DNA of 64,000 nt from Tetramitus jugosus. Its lineage: Eukaryota > Protista > Heterolobosea. Location of the stretch: NCBI GenBank assembly GCA_937625935.1, contig OW569386.1, forward strand, positions 124,001-188,000, written 5' to 3'. Both the position numbers and the translations under genes were made by a program. Below, in pieces: positions 1-11,190 of the stretch (position 1 is its first letter; every line of letters starts with the position of its first letter). The notes beneath the pieces were generated by a model, which saw only the letters and a program-made list of their open reading frames with translations, searched no databases and was not told the DNA's origin.

Positions 1-999
1 ATTATCCAACGATATGCCAAAGTGTTAAACTATCACCCTTTGATGAATGAGGAGGATTTACCCTTTTGGAAACCCTTTCTCTACAAGTTACAATCATCAG
101 TTGCGCGAAAAACTCAGAGCAACATTCTCTCTGTGATGAAGAAGGCTTGTGGCATCATTCAGGAGAGAGATATAGAGAGACAGCAGGCGGATCCTAATTA
201 CATCCCGAGAGTGCCCGTGTTTTGCTTTGATAACATTAATGCTTTGGTCGATGATAACTTGGAGACCTTACTTGATCAGTTTGAGGCCTCAAAAGATGCC
301 ACTGACAAGAGATTGTACGCCAGTATCTATACACTCAATGACGCCAAAACTTTTCATATCCTGGAAGATGAAGAAGGGTTCTCTAGAGTAAATCAGCAAA
401 TTGAAGTTAGGGATGTCAACTATGACACTGCAAAGGAATACATGAAGGAAGAAATGATTTTAGGTGAAGGATGTACAGTTGAAGATATAGATATGTTAGT
501 CGAACAGTGCTGTGGTGGTCATTTGTTGTCCATTCAAAGCATGATCTTTCTGAGAAATTCTAGAGGCTTGAATGCGGAACAGTTGGTGGCATACGATGTA
601 CACAAGATTAGTCTCAGAGCTTCCAAGTTTAACTTGGGAAGAAAACATCCCACTAGGTATGCAACAGCAGTGTGGAACTTACTCTATCGATTGTACGTGA
701 GTGAAACGGGGGCTCTTTCAGAAGATGAAGCAAAGGAAGCTCTCCAACTCGAAGTGGACAAAGAAAATATGAACATGAAGTGGAAAGAGGAATTGGTTGA
801 GGAGATTCTGGATGAGATGATCAGTAAGAACCTAATTTCTCGTGATTTACTCTCCAATAGTGTTCGGTTCCACCACAATACTGTTCGAACATATGTTCGT
901 AATCAAATTTCGGTACACGAAACCAAGTTGGCTGCTATCCTTGAAGAATCACTTCCTAAAGATGAGGAGAATGAAGGCCACCCAACCTCCAAAAAATAA
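1..999 (+). CDS. C-terminal part of a probable P-loop ATPase-like protein (5'-partial)
   Basis: Frame open from base 1; Walker B-like VFCFDN and a CGGHLL motif followed by a possible winged-helix tail; Walker A not in window. Confidence 0.45.
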   Translation: MIQRYAKVLNYHPLMNEEDLPFWKPFLYKLQSSVARKTQSNILSVMKKACGIIQERDIERQQADPNYIPRVPVFCFDNINALVDDNLETLLDQFEASKDATDKRLYASIYTLNDAKTFHILEDEEGFSRVNQQIEVRDVNYDTAKEYMKEEMILGEGCTVEDIDMLVEQCCGGHLLSIQSMIFLRNSRGLNAEQLVAYDVHKISLRASKFNLGRKHPTRYATAVWNLLYRLYVSETGALSEDEAKEALQLEVDKENMNMKWKEELVEEILDEMISKNLISRDLLSNSVRFHHNTVRTYVRNQISVHETKLAAILEESLPKDEENEGHPTSKK

Positions 1000-1556
1000 G
1001 GAGAGTCCAACAAATGAATCAATCACCAACAAGATGTTGTTGGAGCGGATTTTCGAAACGATCGTTCGATTGAAATTACCTGACATTAATGATACGATTC
1101 AGTGGCACATTTCTCGAAACAAACAGTCGAACCAATGCCTGATTTTCTGAAACCAGTGTTAAAAGCTGTTGAAGAAGCAACAAAGTTTCATTTCAATAGG
1201 TAGAACACAACATGATTATGAGCATGCTGTACCAAAGAGAAAAAACAATACTCAGACCCAGAATCTTACATTCAGAAGGGTCACAGATTACAGAGGCATC
1301 AACAACTATTACAAATATACCATTGGTTGTTTGGTGATTCTGATCCAGAAACAGGAACCAAACACTTGTTTAACCATTTCTGATATATCAGAAGTTCGAT
1401 AAATAAATGAAGCCTGTAAGTAAATTTATCCGATTACAACAGCCTGAATAATCAAATATGAGCAATATGAGGTATCTAATGATACTACTAAGACAAGAAA
1501 ACATCATGAACAAGAGCGGTATACACTACTATATTCCTTTTTACACATTCCATCCC

Positions 1557-2186
1557 CTACTCCTCCAACACCATCAAATAACAATCCGGATTCTCTATTC
1601 TCTTATAAAACTTGTCCAACCGTCTCTTCTTCTCGAATCCCAACCGTTCATAGAACCGTACCGCTTCTTCATTACTCACTTGCACATGCAAATACACTTG
1701 ATCAATAGAGAGTGCCTGTTCTTGCTCCATCCGACACGCATCACGCATCACCTGTCGCATCAACATTCGACCTATACCCTGACTCCTGTACGGTGCCAAC
1801 ACTGACAATGTCATGACGTACAATCTCAAATGAGCTCTTCCATCATCTGGCAGCTGTAGATTGGGTAAATCTGGAAAACACTTGTCATGGGGCACACTTG
1901 CATTCCACTTGATGGTTTCGAGGCGACATCCCACACCTCCCACCACTAGGTCATCACTCCTTGCGAGATAGGACATACCAACGTTCACCATTTGAACATA
2001 GATGGTGTCAGAGTTGTAGGCAATGGGCAGCACCAATGAATTGATTCTCATGAGTTCTTGCATGTTGGATTTGGTGAGTGGTTCGAGATGAATCCTTGTC
2101 GTTCTTTGTTGTTCTCCTTGTTCTTCAGCAAGAGTTCTTTTTGTTGTTGTTGTTGTTGTTGACGGTGATGGTCCATTGTCCCTCAT
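1557..2186 (-). CDS. NAA50: GNAT N-terminal acetyltransferase, Naa50/NatE-like
   Basis: LYVMTLSVLAPYRSQGIG acetyl-CoA motif, YLHVQVSNEEAVRFYERLGF, YKRIENPDC; first ATG at 2186. Confidence 0.8.
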   Translation of the reverse strand: MRDNGPSPSTTTTTTKRTLAEEQGEQQRTTRIHLEPLTKSNMQELMRINSLVLPIAYNSDTIYVQMVNVGMSYLARSDDLVVGGVGCRLETIKWNASVPHDKCFPDLPNLQLPDDGRAHLRLYVMTLSVLAPYRSQGIGRMLMRQVMRDACRMEQEQALSIDQVYLHVQVSNEEAVRFYERLGFEKKRRLDKFYKRIENPDCYLMVLEE

Positions 2187-2302
2187 GTTGCCCCTCCTTG
2201 TGTGTGGTGTTGATTGCAATATCGTTTTTCACAACTGCTGTGGTGTGATTTTTATTTTCTGGCGATGAGACAGACTCATCACAAACGTTTCCGTTTTTAT
2301 TA

Positions 2303-3952
2303 TTATGGCGCTGGGGTGAGAGGGGAGCTTCTTGCAATCGTGGTGGTGCGGTCTCCGCTACTGTTCCAATTGAGTGTAACAAGAGCAAACAGACTCAGAA
2401 TGGCACCCAGCAAGAAGGACAGACCAGGCGACTCGACTTGTGTCGAAGTCGTACCATAGGAGAAGAGTTGAGTCGCAAGAACGGATGCTACAACTTTGGA
2501 CAGAATCTGGAGAGAACTGATTGAGCCCTGTATGGCTCCCTGAATAGAATCCGGCTCAGGCGAATCAATAATCAACTTTTCATCTTGCTGTGTCGTGTTT
2601 GCCAGTTTCACAATGAGCGACTGCAACGAAGGCACAGCGAGTCCCTCCAATGAAGTAATAGGAAAGATAAAGTAAAGCATCCATCCACTCGGTATCAACG
2701 CAACTGCTATATTGATGAGAACGCTCATGCCCAGACCCAACGAAGCACAAACTTGTTCTCCAAACGCAGGTATCAACGACCGAATGACATAACCCTGAAC
2801 AAGAATCGTACAAACACCGGTAAACGTCATGAACATTCCCGAGTGAAAACTATTCCAATCAAATCTATGACGTGCATACAGCACCCACACTGTGTGGAAT
2901 GATTGTTGACAGGTTGTTAACAACACGAGAGACAAAGCCATAGGCATAATCGAGTTTCTAATCTTTGGTGTCAGGAATATGCGAAAGGATCTCAACGGAT
3001 TCAACAATATTCTCCATTGTATTGTTGCATGGTTGTTAATACTAATATTGGAAGGCGGCTTCCACGTATCTCTCAATCCAAATGTCACAAACAACGCATT
3101 GCCAAACTGTAAGATTGCCGAAATAAAGAACGGACTCTCAAAGTGCACATGAGACGATAGATAGCCACCTGTCGCAGGACCAATCGTAAATGCCAAACCA
3201 GTCGCCACACCCAACAATCCAAAATTCTGAGCTTTGGTCTTGGCGGTAGATATATCGGAAATGTACGTCAATGACAACAGTATCACATGACCACAGCAAC
3301 CACTAATCAATTTTGCCAAAAACACGACAAATAGAGAAACGTTGACTGCGGGCGTATTCAGCGATCTCATCCAATCCACTGCAGAAAATCCCAACATCAA
3401 ATAATAAATGGAAATAAAGTAGAGAAAGAAGGCCAAGGGTGTTCTCCGCCCAAATTTCCGATCACTTAATTGTCCGACAATTGGCGCCAAAAAGAGTTGA
3501 GCCAGTGAAGAGACAGAGACAATGAGACCATAGTACCTTGCACCTGCTCCTTGTTGTTGCTGTTGTAAGAGTTGAATGCTTTGATGCTGCTGATTTGTTA
3601 TTGTTGTCGTTGATGATGGTTCAACAATGAGAGAAGATGGATGATCGACCGTTAATAATAATTGAGAGATGAGATTGGGTAGGACTGGCATGCATAGACT
3701 GAGAGCTAACAGGTCCAAGAACAAGACGATGAAAATTTTCCGAAGTTCACTGGAAGAGTTGTTGATTGATGAACTGCTTGTTGTTGTTGTTGTATCATGA
3801 CTGTTGTTAATGTTGTTCATGTTGATATTGTTGTTGTTGTTGTTGTTGGGGAATAGTGGTGTAGTTGGAGTTGATGATAAAGGAGGAGTTGGAGGAGGTG
3901 ATGATGATGAGTGGGTGTTGATCAACACTGATTTTTTGTTTGTGAGTACCAT
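2303..3952 (-). CDS. MFS transporter, TetA/MFSD14(HIAT1)-like
   Basis: Motif A GQLSDRKFGRR, motif C-like GLAFTIGPATGG, about 12 hydrophobic segments. Confidence 0.85.
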   Translation of the reverse strand: MVLTNKKSVLINTHSSSSPPPTPPLSSTPTTPLFPNNNNNNNINMNNINNSHDTTTTTSSSSINNSSSELRKIFIVLFLDLLALSLCMPVLPNLISQLLLTVDHPSSLIVEPSSTTTITNQQHQSIQLLQQQQQGAGARYYGLIVSVSSLAQLFLAPIVGQLSDRKFGRRTPLAFFLYFISIYYLMLGFSAVDWMRSLNTPAVNVSLFVVFLAKLISGCCGHVILLSLTYISDISTAKTKAQNFGLLGVATGLAFTIGPATGGYLSSHVHFESPFFISAILQFGNALFVTFGLRDTWKPPSNISINNHATIQWRILLNPLRSFRIFLTPKIRNSIMPMALSLVLLTTCQQSFHTVWVLYARHRFDWNSFHSGMFMTFTGVCTILVQGYVIRSLIPAFGEQVCASLGLGMSVLINIAVALIPSGWMLYFIFPITSLEGLAVPSLQSLIVKLANTTQQDEKLIIDSPEPDSIQGAIQGSISSLQILSKVVASVLATQLFSYGTTSTQVESPGLSFLLGAILSLFALVTLNWNSSGDRTTTIARSSPLTPAP

Positions 3953-4179
3953 CTCTCTCTGTCTAGATTGGTATTCAACACAAAGCTTTGTTCGAATGAG
4001 TGATGGTGCTTTTTGCAGATGAATTTTATTGTTGATCTTGTGAGACAGAAAACACGTCGCGCTATTTGCCCATCAAAAAGCTGTTTCAACGCCTATTTCT
4101 ACGGTTTCCCGCCAGAAACTAGTTTTTGCAAGGCTCATTTTTCTTTATTTTCAAGACAAGAGTGCAAGTGGATGTTTCA

Positions 4180-5988
4180 ATGAGTAAGAGACCGGGAAGT
4201 GCAGGAAGATCGGAGGTGGTCAGTCAGACAACCGAACAGGGCAGAAAAGTTGCCAACACGATAAAGGATCTAGATTTTGCTGGACTCTATACCTACTATT
4301 GTACAAAGTATGGTTTAGAACCATTTTCTTTCATTGTCGACAATGCAGAGAGAAACATACTGGATTTAGATGTGGACATGCTACCAGAGTCTCACTGGAA
4401 ACAGATTATGGCTGCATTGATCTCAATAGGCACTGGTAGGAGCAACACTCGACTTTCTTTTAAGAGTATTTCATTGAGATGGAATGAAAGGAACGATGCG
4501 AGGCATGTAGCTGACAATAGAGCTTTCCAAACGATTAAAACTGCTGCCAGCACGATCGTAAAAGACAGTTTTGCACTGAGACACATCCAAATTACGAATG
4601 AGAACTCGAAAAAGGAGAAGAATTCCAACACTCCAAAGTTTAGGCATATTATTATGGCTAGCAAACTTGATATCAATCAAACGTTAAAATTATTGAAGGC
4701 ATTGGATTCTAATGTACCGAATACACTTCGGAAACTTGAGATGGAGGGGTTACCATTGAGTAAGCATTGTACTGCAGCCATACGAGATATCATCCGCCGC
4801 CAAGCAAAATCTCTTATACATATATCATTTCGAAATGCAAAATTGGGTGACGAAGTATTTGAGGAGATTGGAAAGGCCCTGCCCGATTGTACGAACTTGT
4901 CGAATATTCGATTATCTGGATGTTACTTAACAGAGAGGTCATTAGGATTCCTGAGCACGGTTATTCGAGAGAAGCAAGAAAGGTTAGCAACAACCGAATG
5001 GGCATGTAGTTTAAGGAATGGATCAACCTCGATTCATTCAAAAACCAAAGAACTCCCGAATTTTAAAGTTATTGATGGTTATCAGGAAGACTCCGATGAT
5101 TACGACGTGAAATCAGTTTCTCTTGATTTAAGTAACAATTTTCTCAGTGATTCAGCAGCTGTGTCACTATCAAAATTGGTAGGAAATATGATGCGAGCTT
5201 TAGATGTTAGTTACAATATCATCGGAAGTCGAGGAGTAAATACTCTTTTGGAGGCTGTTATTCATCAAAAAGAATTCATTTTAGAATCAGAGCTCCACAC
5301 TAGGTTATTAAGGTATATAGACTTGTCTCAAAACGATGGGGTTCGAGATGCAAATCCTGGAAATTTGAATATTCTCAAGTTTGCCGATATGGACTTGATC
5401 GTGACTGTCGGTACACAACTTCCAAAGCGATCAAGACCAGCAAAGAAGAAGAACATTCTTCCTCGAAGGAAGAAGGGAAAATCCCAAAAGAAACAAAAGA
5501 AGATTGGAAGAGATTCTTCCTTTGGTGAATCTGAATCCACGATGGGAGATGACGTGAGCACTGTGAGCAGCATGTTAAGTTGTGCTGCTCGTTTAGAATT
5601 GCATACAGATGATACCATCCAAGAAAAACCTGACACATGCGATGCTGAAATCATCAGACATCACGATATAGATCAACTGAAGAGAGATGCAGAGTTGATA
5701 CACTTGCGATTACTGAATCAAAAACTGTTTGAGAAAATGAAGAGTTTAAAGGAGCAAATGAAGGAACTGAAACAGAAGAAAAGAGAGCTCGAGGAAGAAA
5801 AAGCACAACAAGCACAACGGAAACATCCTGAGATTCAAAGCACAGGAAAGGTGAAAAGCGATGCCACCACTTTAATCAAACCAGGAATGAATCCAAGTAT
5901 TGAAGGTATTGAAGTGACTGAGGATCAACAATTCAATGAGGATCTCTCTGAAATTCATCGAAGGTTGTCGCAGATGTGGAGTGAATAA
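4180..5988 (+). CDS. CEP78: Centrosomal protein CEP78-like (RNI-type LRR plus coiled coil)
   Basis: N-terminal DFAGLYTYYC...ILDLDVDML...W, LRRs, WACSLR (cf. CEP78 WAESLR), C-terminal coiled coil; ATG at 4180. Confidence 0.7.
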   Translation: MSKRPGSAGRSEVVSQTTEQGRKVANTIKDLDFAGLYTYYCTKYGLEPFSFIVDNAERNILDLDVDMLPESHWKQIMAALISIGTGRSNTRLSFKSISLRWNERNDARHVADNRAFQTIKTAASTIVKDSFALRHIQITNENSKKEKNSNTPKFRHIIMASKLDINQTLKLLKALDSNVPNTLRKLEMEGLPLSKHCTAAIRDIIRRQAKSLIHISFRNAKLGDEVFEEIGKALPDCTNLSNIRLSGCYLTERSLGFLSTVIREKQERLATTEWACSLRNGSTSIHSKTKELPNFKVIDGYQEDSDDYDVKSVSLDLSNNFLSDSAAVSLSKLVGNMMRALDVSYNIIGSRGVNTLLEAVIHQKEFILESELHTRLLRYIDLSQNDGVRDANPGNLNILKFADMDLIVTVGTQLPKRSRPAKKKNILPRRKKGKSQKKQKKIGRDSSFGESESTMGDDVSTVSSMLSCAARLELHTDDTIQEKPDTCDAEIIRHHDIDQLKRDAELIHLRLLNQKLFEKMKSLKEQMKELKQKKRELEEEKAQQAQRKHPEIQSTGKVKSDATTLIKPGMNPSIEGIEVTEDQQFNEDLSEIHRRLSQMWSE

Positions 5989-6221
5989 ATCTCGTGTTAT
6001 TTGATTTAGTACCACATGATTTTGTGGGTATTTTTTTGGTCAGAAGTAAAAGAGGAAGAACCTTGGGAAATAAACTAATGCCAATCTAGCACCGATCGTC
6101 GTGCTTGGATAAGAAAGCATTGGTCAGTTCCAAAGACGGCACATAATTAATCGTTGCAAAGTAACTGTTATTCATGAAAGCAATAAAATCAGATTGACAG
6201 TAATCCAAGCGGACGGAAATT

Positions 6222-9200
6222 TTATTTTCGTTCTCTCGCTTTTCTGAGCAATTCATCCTTGACCCTCACCAAATAAATACTATCATCGGTCACAGCCCGT
6301 TGAATGTCAGACACCAACTTCTTCTTGGTTTTGATCTGGCTGAGGAATGTACTCTGATAGTGTGTCCATTCTGCTTCAGGCTTCTGACACAACTCCATGC
6401 ATTTCTTCACTTTCAGCATCAAGCAGACGACACGACCATAGTTGGCCAGCTTGATTGTGGGCTTCCATAGTGAAAGTTTCTCCAGATTAAACCACAGAGC
6501 TACTTCGGGACACATTGCAAGGCACCACTTTTCTATCACAATTCGTTCAAATGCATTCACAGATGCATTTTCTACCCAGAAGTGGTCAGATGTGATATGA
6601 TCAACTGGTTGATTACCTCCTCCCAGCCGTTTCATATACTTGGGAGTTGAATCAATGGATAGTTGTGGCAGTAGTTGTTTAGCATAATTCTTCACTGTCG
6701 GTTCAAATATCTGATGTATCAATTGCTCGTGTATTTTATACTTGGCGAGCAACTGGAACACAATGTCAAACAGCGCTGGAACTCCAGGATCTGGGAACGC
6801 TCTTGTGTGTTTTGTGATCAATGCTTGCAGAATCTCATTGGCCTTCACCAAGTATGAATCCGCGATCAACAACTCAAAGGAAACCTCTATCGTCGATGGT
6901 ACCATATAGTAAGCATGGACTGTGATATTCTCTGGATGAACCTCATTCAGGAATTGAATGAGGAGTTCAGATCGGACCTTTGTATTCCAATCATCAATCA
7001 TATCGAAATGTGCATAGAGTTTCTTAATCGCATCAAAGTCAGCAACCGTCTTTTGAAGAAGAAATGATTTCTTGGCGAATTCTATTGCTTGATTTCTCAT
7101 TGATTCAAACTCTTCAGTCTTTCCCTCTTGCTTCAGAATGTCAGCTTGAGCTTCACATGCACCAATGAGTTTTACCATGATATTCTTGACGTTGTTGGCT
7201 GAATTGTCATTGGGCATTGTGAGTAGTTTAGTAGCGAGCTGTATTCCTCTTTCATACTTGTTAATAGAGAATAAATAATCTAGAATATCCACCAAAATAA
7301 CTGCATTTTCACTGTTATTGTTCTCGATTCTGTCCAACAAAAAGTCACAGACGGACGATCCTTCTGTGTCAGTGGATCGGACTTGCTTAATCGCACGGAT
7401 CAATAGATTTGATACTTTGTTGGATACGTGAATAAACTCGCTGGCTCTCTTCTCATACTTAACAACATTGACGGCTTCCAAATATTTCTTTGTCTTGGCA
7501 AGTGTTACTCGTCCTTCTGTTTCCGAGTATTGTGCTGTGACATACTCGTTCGTTCTTCTGCATAAATCTAGCAAGTGTCGACAAACAAGTCTCTGAGATT
7601 TGCTTACTGACACAACTGTTGTTTCTTCAGAGTGAGCCAAAAAGATGGTAACTGGTCTACAATCGGAACACGAACAGCTCATGTGTGGTTTGTGTGCCAC
7701 AAAAGTTTGACTCTTTGTCAAAATATCTGGACTTGGTTTGCGCACTGAGATGACATCCAAAAAGTCCAAAGCAAATTCACACAATCTACAGAGGGGCTTA
7801 GAGCTGGTATGCTTTTCAAGAATGTCAGTCAATTGAATAATTACATCCAAAATTGTAAATGCATTGTCTCTCAGGTACATTCCACAATCGCTCTTGCTGT
7901 CTGCCTTTAAATCTAATTCGCCCAGTAGCATGTCGAGCGCATCATTTACAACGTCAGAATGATCAACGACTGAGAGTTTCCAAGAAATTCGGAAGCACTC
8001 CAATATGGTTGATATCAGGGGTGATCCTCTCTTGGCGATAGTAAGTTGCAAGGTCTGCTGAGCAGTATTTCTCAGTATTCGATACTTGTCAGAGTCACGT
8101 ACAAACACAGATGCACACTCACCAACAATTGAAACAGTGTTCTGATCAGTACACTTTCTGGTGCTGAGCAGATTGCAAAGTGCCTCAGAGTACTTTTCAT
8201 CCTTGGTGATCATGATTGAGCAAAAGGCTTTCATTAACGTGACGGAAGAACAACTCTTCAATCCCTCGCTTCCCAATGAGAATGCTCCCTCGACATCATC
8301 ACTCTGCGTAGAAAGCAAGAAGAGAGCGATATAGATCAACAAGTTGCCATCATCACTCGATTGACATACTTTTTGGGTAAATGGCGCGAATGAACGACTT
8401 CTGTCACTAAATAAATTATAGAGTGTGGCGAGCACATAGGTTTTGAGAGGCAAACTCATCTCGGAGCCATTTGAGAGACCAAACATGTAGTACAGCATGC
8501 CATACTTGTTCTTTAGTGACTCTACTGTAATGGGCATGAAAATTTGTTTTTTCTCAGTGCTCAATGGTATCAACTTGTCCTGTACAATTGAAATCATTTC
8601 GTCTAAAAAATCAATTGCTTCCTTTTCTACTGCAGTGAGGCGATCTTGCGACTTTGAAACGAGCTCTGATCGACGATCGGGCATTCCCAAGAAGAATTCA
8701 AATGCCTTCTTGGGTGTTGTGTTGGATTCGTTACCAACCTCGGCCACAAAGTCAATCATGGTTTCTGATAGAACGTCCTCTTCAGTCTCTAATAGGAGCT
8801 CAACATAGCATACAGCGGCAAAGATAAAGATTGCCAAATCATTCAAATTGGAAATGTTCTTTGCACAGTTCAAAGCTTCCTCTGTTCTTCGCTCTGACAA
8901 CAATAGACAAATGCCAGTAATTGTACGGTCAATTGCCCGAGCATAGTTCATTGCCTTCTCAATCTCCTTCTGTTGAATGAGAATACCCAATCGAACATCT
9001 GCAATCTCTTTCGACTCTAAGAAATTAGACACGGGTTTGCCTTCCAGCACATTCTTGATTGTCTCAGAGTGCCAACCATTTGATGCAGCATCAGCTGCAG
9101 CATCGAAATTGGCCTTTGCTTTTCCATTGGTCATTGCTTGAATAATACAACTCCAGTTGGGCAGAATCTCCTTCCAGTGTTGTCTTGTCTCATTCGACAG

Positions 9201-10880
9201 TTTGTCCTCTGGGAGCAACATTACAGTACGTACAATTGCACTGAGTGATTCAATCAACTTATCGTATTGATCCATTGTGGTAGAAGTTACACTAGTGGAA
9301 AACGAAATATCAAAAGAGAGCAATCCAGCAGTGATCGCCTCAATGATTCTCAAACCTGCTTCCAGGTCACTTCCTCCTCTTTCAATCATTCTGATGGCAG
9401 CGTCTCTATACATTGTGACAGCGTCATTCACAGCACCAAATCCACGATTACCAGAGGATCTACATTGAAAACAACTCTCTTCATCATCACTGCTATCATA
9501 TTCATACATGCCGTGACACCGACAGACACATGTATACCGGTCACAACCCCTGGATCCAGTTTGTGCCCTTAGACATGCAGCCACAATCTCCTCCTGTATC
9601 TTCTTTTCGTTAATGTAGTGTCCTTTGTCTGAATATGTTGCTGCAATTGGCAGCAATTGCTCCAACTTGTTGGATGGTATTTTTGCAGTGGTGAACGGAG
9701 CAAATGTCTTGTGATTGGAAAGCGAGTCCAAATCCTCCTTGGCCTTCTTCTTCTCTGTCTTCAGCTTCTCTAGTTCTTTCATGAGCTGATGAATCAGAGC
9801 AGTGTTTCCCTGGGAAATGTTGTTGATGGCCTCTGCCAAGTAATTGCCCTTTTGAGCCTCCTTGGCCATATCGTCAAACGCTCCTAGATACAGTACTTGA
9901 TCAGGAGATCTCAAAGCCTTCAAAATGACTGCTACGACGTGTTTGCACCACAGTACAGTATTACTGCCACAGACACTACAATTTCTCTCGACTAGGAACC
10001 TGCGTTTAAAGTGCAGATAAATCTGGACGGGTTTTGGTAGTGTGGGCATCACACCCGGTGCGTTGATGTCTGCTTTCAATTTGCCATCCAATCCCATTGT
10101 CATTGCCTTCACACAATGAATCAACTCTAGTCCTTCATTGAAATTGGTTGATAAACTATATGTTCGAACAACTTGTTCCGTAATCTCACTCGGAATACCG
10201 CGGAGTGGTCTTTGATGATCCTCATCATTTTCACTCTCACTGTTCACCATGTCATCACCACCATTCTTGATGGATTTGCCTTGTTTTCCCTTGTTGTGTG
10301 GTTGATGATCAAAGACGAGACGCGAGATTTCATCGTCCTGCTCTTCCTCGTCACCAATCGTGTAACCCAATCCCTGTGACAACCGACTTCTCTTTCTCAC
10401 ACGTTCATTAATAATCTGTTCTTGCAATTCATCAAACTCTCTAGACAACAATTCATCTCTCTTTGATCTCTCCATCTCTTCCGTTCGATCCAACAATCTC
10501 TTTCCATTCTCGTTCAATGCATTGTCCATGGATGTAGGAGTAGTTGTACGAGTACTGCAACTAGCACCACCACCACCACCACTACTACTACTACTACTCC
10601 TCTTGGCACTGCTACTACCACTGCCCATATATTGACTCAAGCTGTGAGCTCTGCGCATGGCTATATTGGAGGGACAACTGGGTGAATCACAACATGTCTC
10701 ATAGGCAGACGTCGTGGGCAGTGCATTGTCTGCTGATGAAGAGTAAGTGTTGTTGAATATTCCGTTCGCTCTGTACAGAATATCGTTTGTGAATTGAGAG
10801 AAGAGGAAATCGTCTTCGGAATCATTATCCGAGTCATAGTCATCACTCGAATCATCATAATATCGTCTTCGTCCAAACAT
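6222..10880 (-). CDS. SWIM zinc-finger protein with helical C-terminus, ZSWIM8/ZSWIM4-6-like
   Basis: CSVCGSNTVLWCKHVVAVIL...PDQV resembles the ZSWIM8 SWIM region; 1552-aa ORF. Confidence 0.65.
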   Translation of the reverse strand: MFGRRRYYDDSSDDYDSDNDSEDDFLFSQFTNDILYRANGIFNNTYSSSADNALPTTSAYETCCDSPSCPSNIAMRRAHSLSQYMGSGSSSAKRSSSSSSGGGGGASCSTRTTTPTSMDNALNENGKRLLDRTEEMERSKRDELLSREFDELQEQIINERVRKRSRLSQGLGYTIGDEEEQDDEISRLVFDHQPHNKGKQGKSIKNGGDDMVNSESENDEDHQRPLRGIPSEITEQVVRTYSLSTNFNEGLELIHCVKAMTMGLDGKLKADINAPGVMPTLPKPVQIYLHFKRRFLVERNCSVCGSNTVLWCKHVVAVILKALRSPDQVLYLGAFDDMAKEAQKGNYLAEAINNISQGNTALIHQLMKELEKLKTEKKKAKEDLDSLSNHKTFAPFTTAKIPSNKLEQLLPIAATYSDKGHYINEKKIQEEIVAACLRAQTGSRGCDRYTCVCRCHGMYEYDSSDDEESCFQCRSSGNRGFGAVNDAVTMYRDAAIRMIERGGSDLEAGLRIIEAITAGLLSFDISFSTSVTSTTMDQYDKLIESLSAIVRTVMLLPEDKLSNETRQHWKEILPNWSCIIQAMTNGKAKANFDAAADAASNGWHSETIKNVLEGKPVSNFLESKEIADVRLGILIQQKEIEKAMNYARAIDRTITGICLLLSERRTEEALNCAKNISNLNDLAIFIFAAVCYVELLLETEEDVLSETMIDFVAEVGNESNTTPKKAFEFFLGMPDRRSELVSKSQDRLTAVEKEAIDFLDEMISIVQDKLIPLSTEKKQIFMPITVESLKNKYGMLYYMFGLSNGSEMSLPLKTYVLATLYNLFSDRSRSFAPFTQKVCQSSDDGNLLIYIALFLLSTQSDDVEGAFSLGSEGLKSCSSVTLMKAFCSIMITKDEKYSEALCNLLSTRKCTDQNTVSIVGECASVFVRDSDKYRILRNTAQQTLQLTIAKRGSPLISTILECFRISWKLSVVDHSDVVNDALDMLLGELDLKADSKSDCGMYLRDNAFTILDVIIQLTDILEKHTSSKPLCRLCEFALDFLDVISVRKPSPDILTKSQTFVAHKPHMSCSCSDCRPVTIFLAHSEETTVVSVSKSQRLVCRHLLDLCRRTNEYVTAQYSETEGRVTLAKTKKYLEAVNVVKYEKRASEFIHVSNKVSNLLIRAIKQVRSTDTEGSSVCDFLLDRIENNNSENAVILVDILDYLFSINKYERGIQLATKLLTMPNDNSANNVKNIMVKLIGACEAQADILKQEGKTEEFESMRNQAIEFAKKSFLLQKTVADFDAIKKLYAHFDMIDDWNTKVRSELLIQFLNEVHPENITVHAYYMVPSTIEVSFELLIADSYLVKANEILQALITKHTRAFPDPGVPALFDIVFQLLAKYKIHEQLIHQIFEPTVKNYAKQLLPQLSIDSTPKYMKRLGGGNQPVDHITSDHFWVENASVNAFERIVIEKWCLAMCPEVALWFNLEKLSLWKPTIKLANYGRVVCLMLKVKKCMELCQKPEAEWTHYQSTFLSQIKTKKKLVSDIQRAVTDDSIYLVRVKDELLRKARERK

Positions 10881-11190
10881 TTTTCACACTATTTTTTTGT
10901 ATTGTTGTGTTTGTTGTTTGTGATCCTTGTTGTTTGATGTTTTTTTGGTGTTCGATATGTACGTCTTGTTGTGTGTGTTCGTTTTTGTTGTATGAAAGTT
11001 CGATCGTTTTTTTTCTGCTGTCCTCCATTTGTGAGCTTCCCCACAAAATCGCGGAGATAGAAATAGACTCTGCGGAATAACTTCACAAATCTCCTCGATT
11101 AGAATTACGGAAAAACCGTTGTTCATTCCCCAAATCAGAGAATATTGTTCTGTGTCGGACTGTGGATATCGACCATAAAAACAATTCAAA

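Noticed and set aside
1000-1556. Short ORFs in a 550-bp convergent gap
   Set aside because: No recognisable motifs or consistent exon structure.
2303-3952. Bacterial tetA resistance gene or horizontal transfer
   Set aside because: Host-type low-complexity N-terminus and no mobile context; eukaryotic MFSD14-like proteins explain it.
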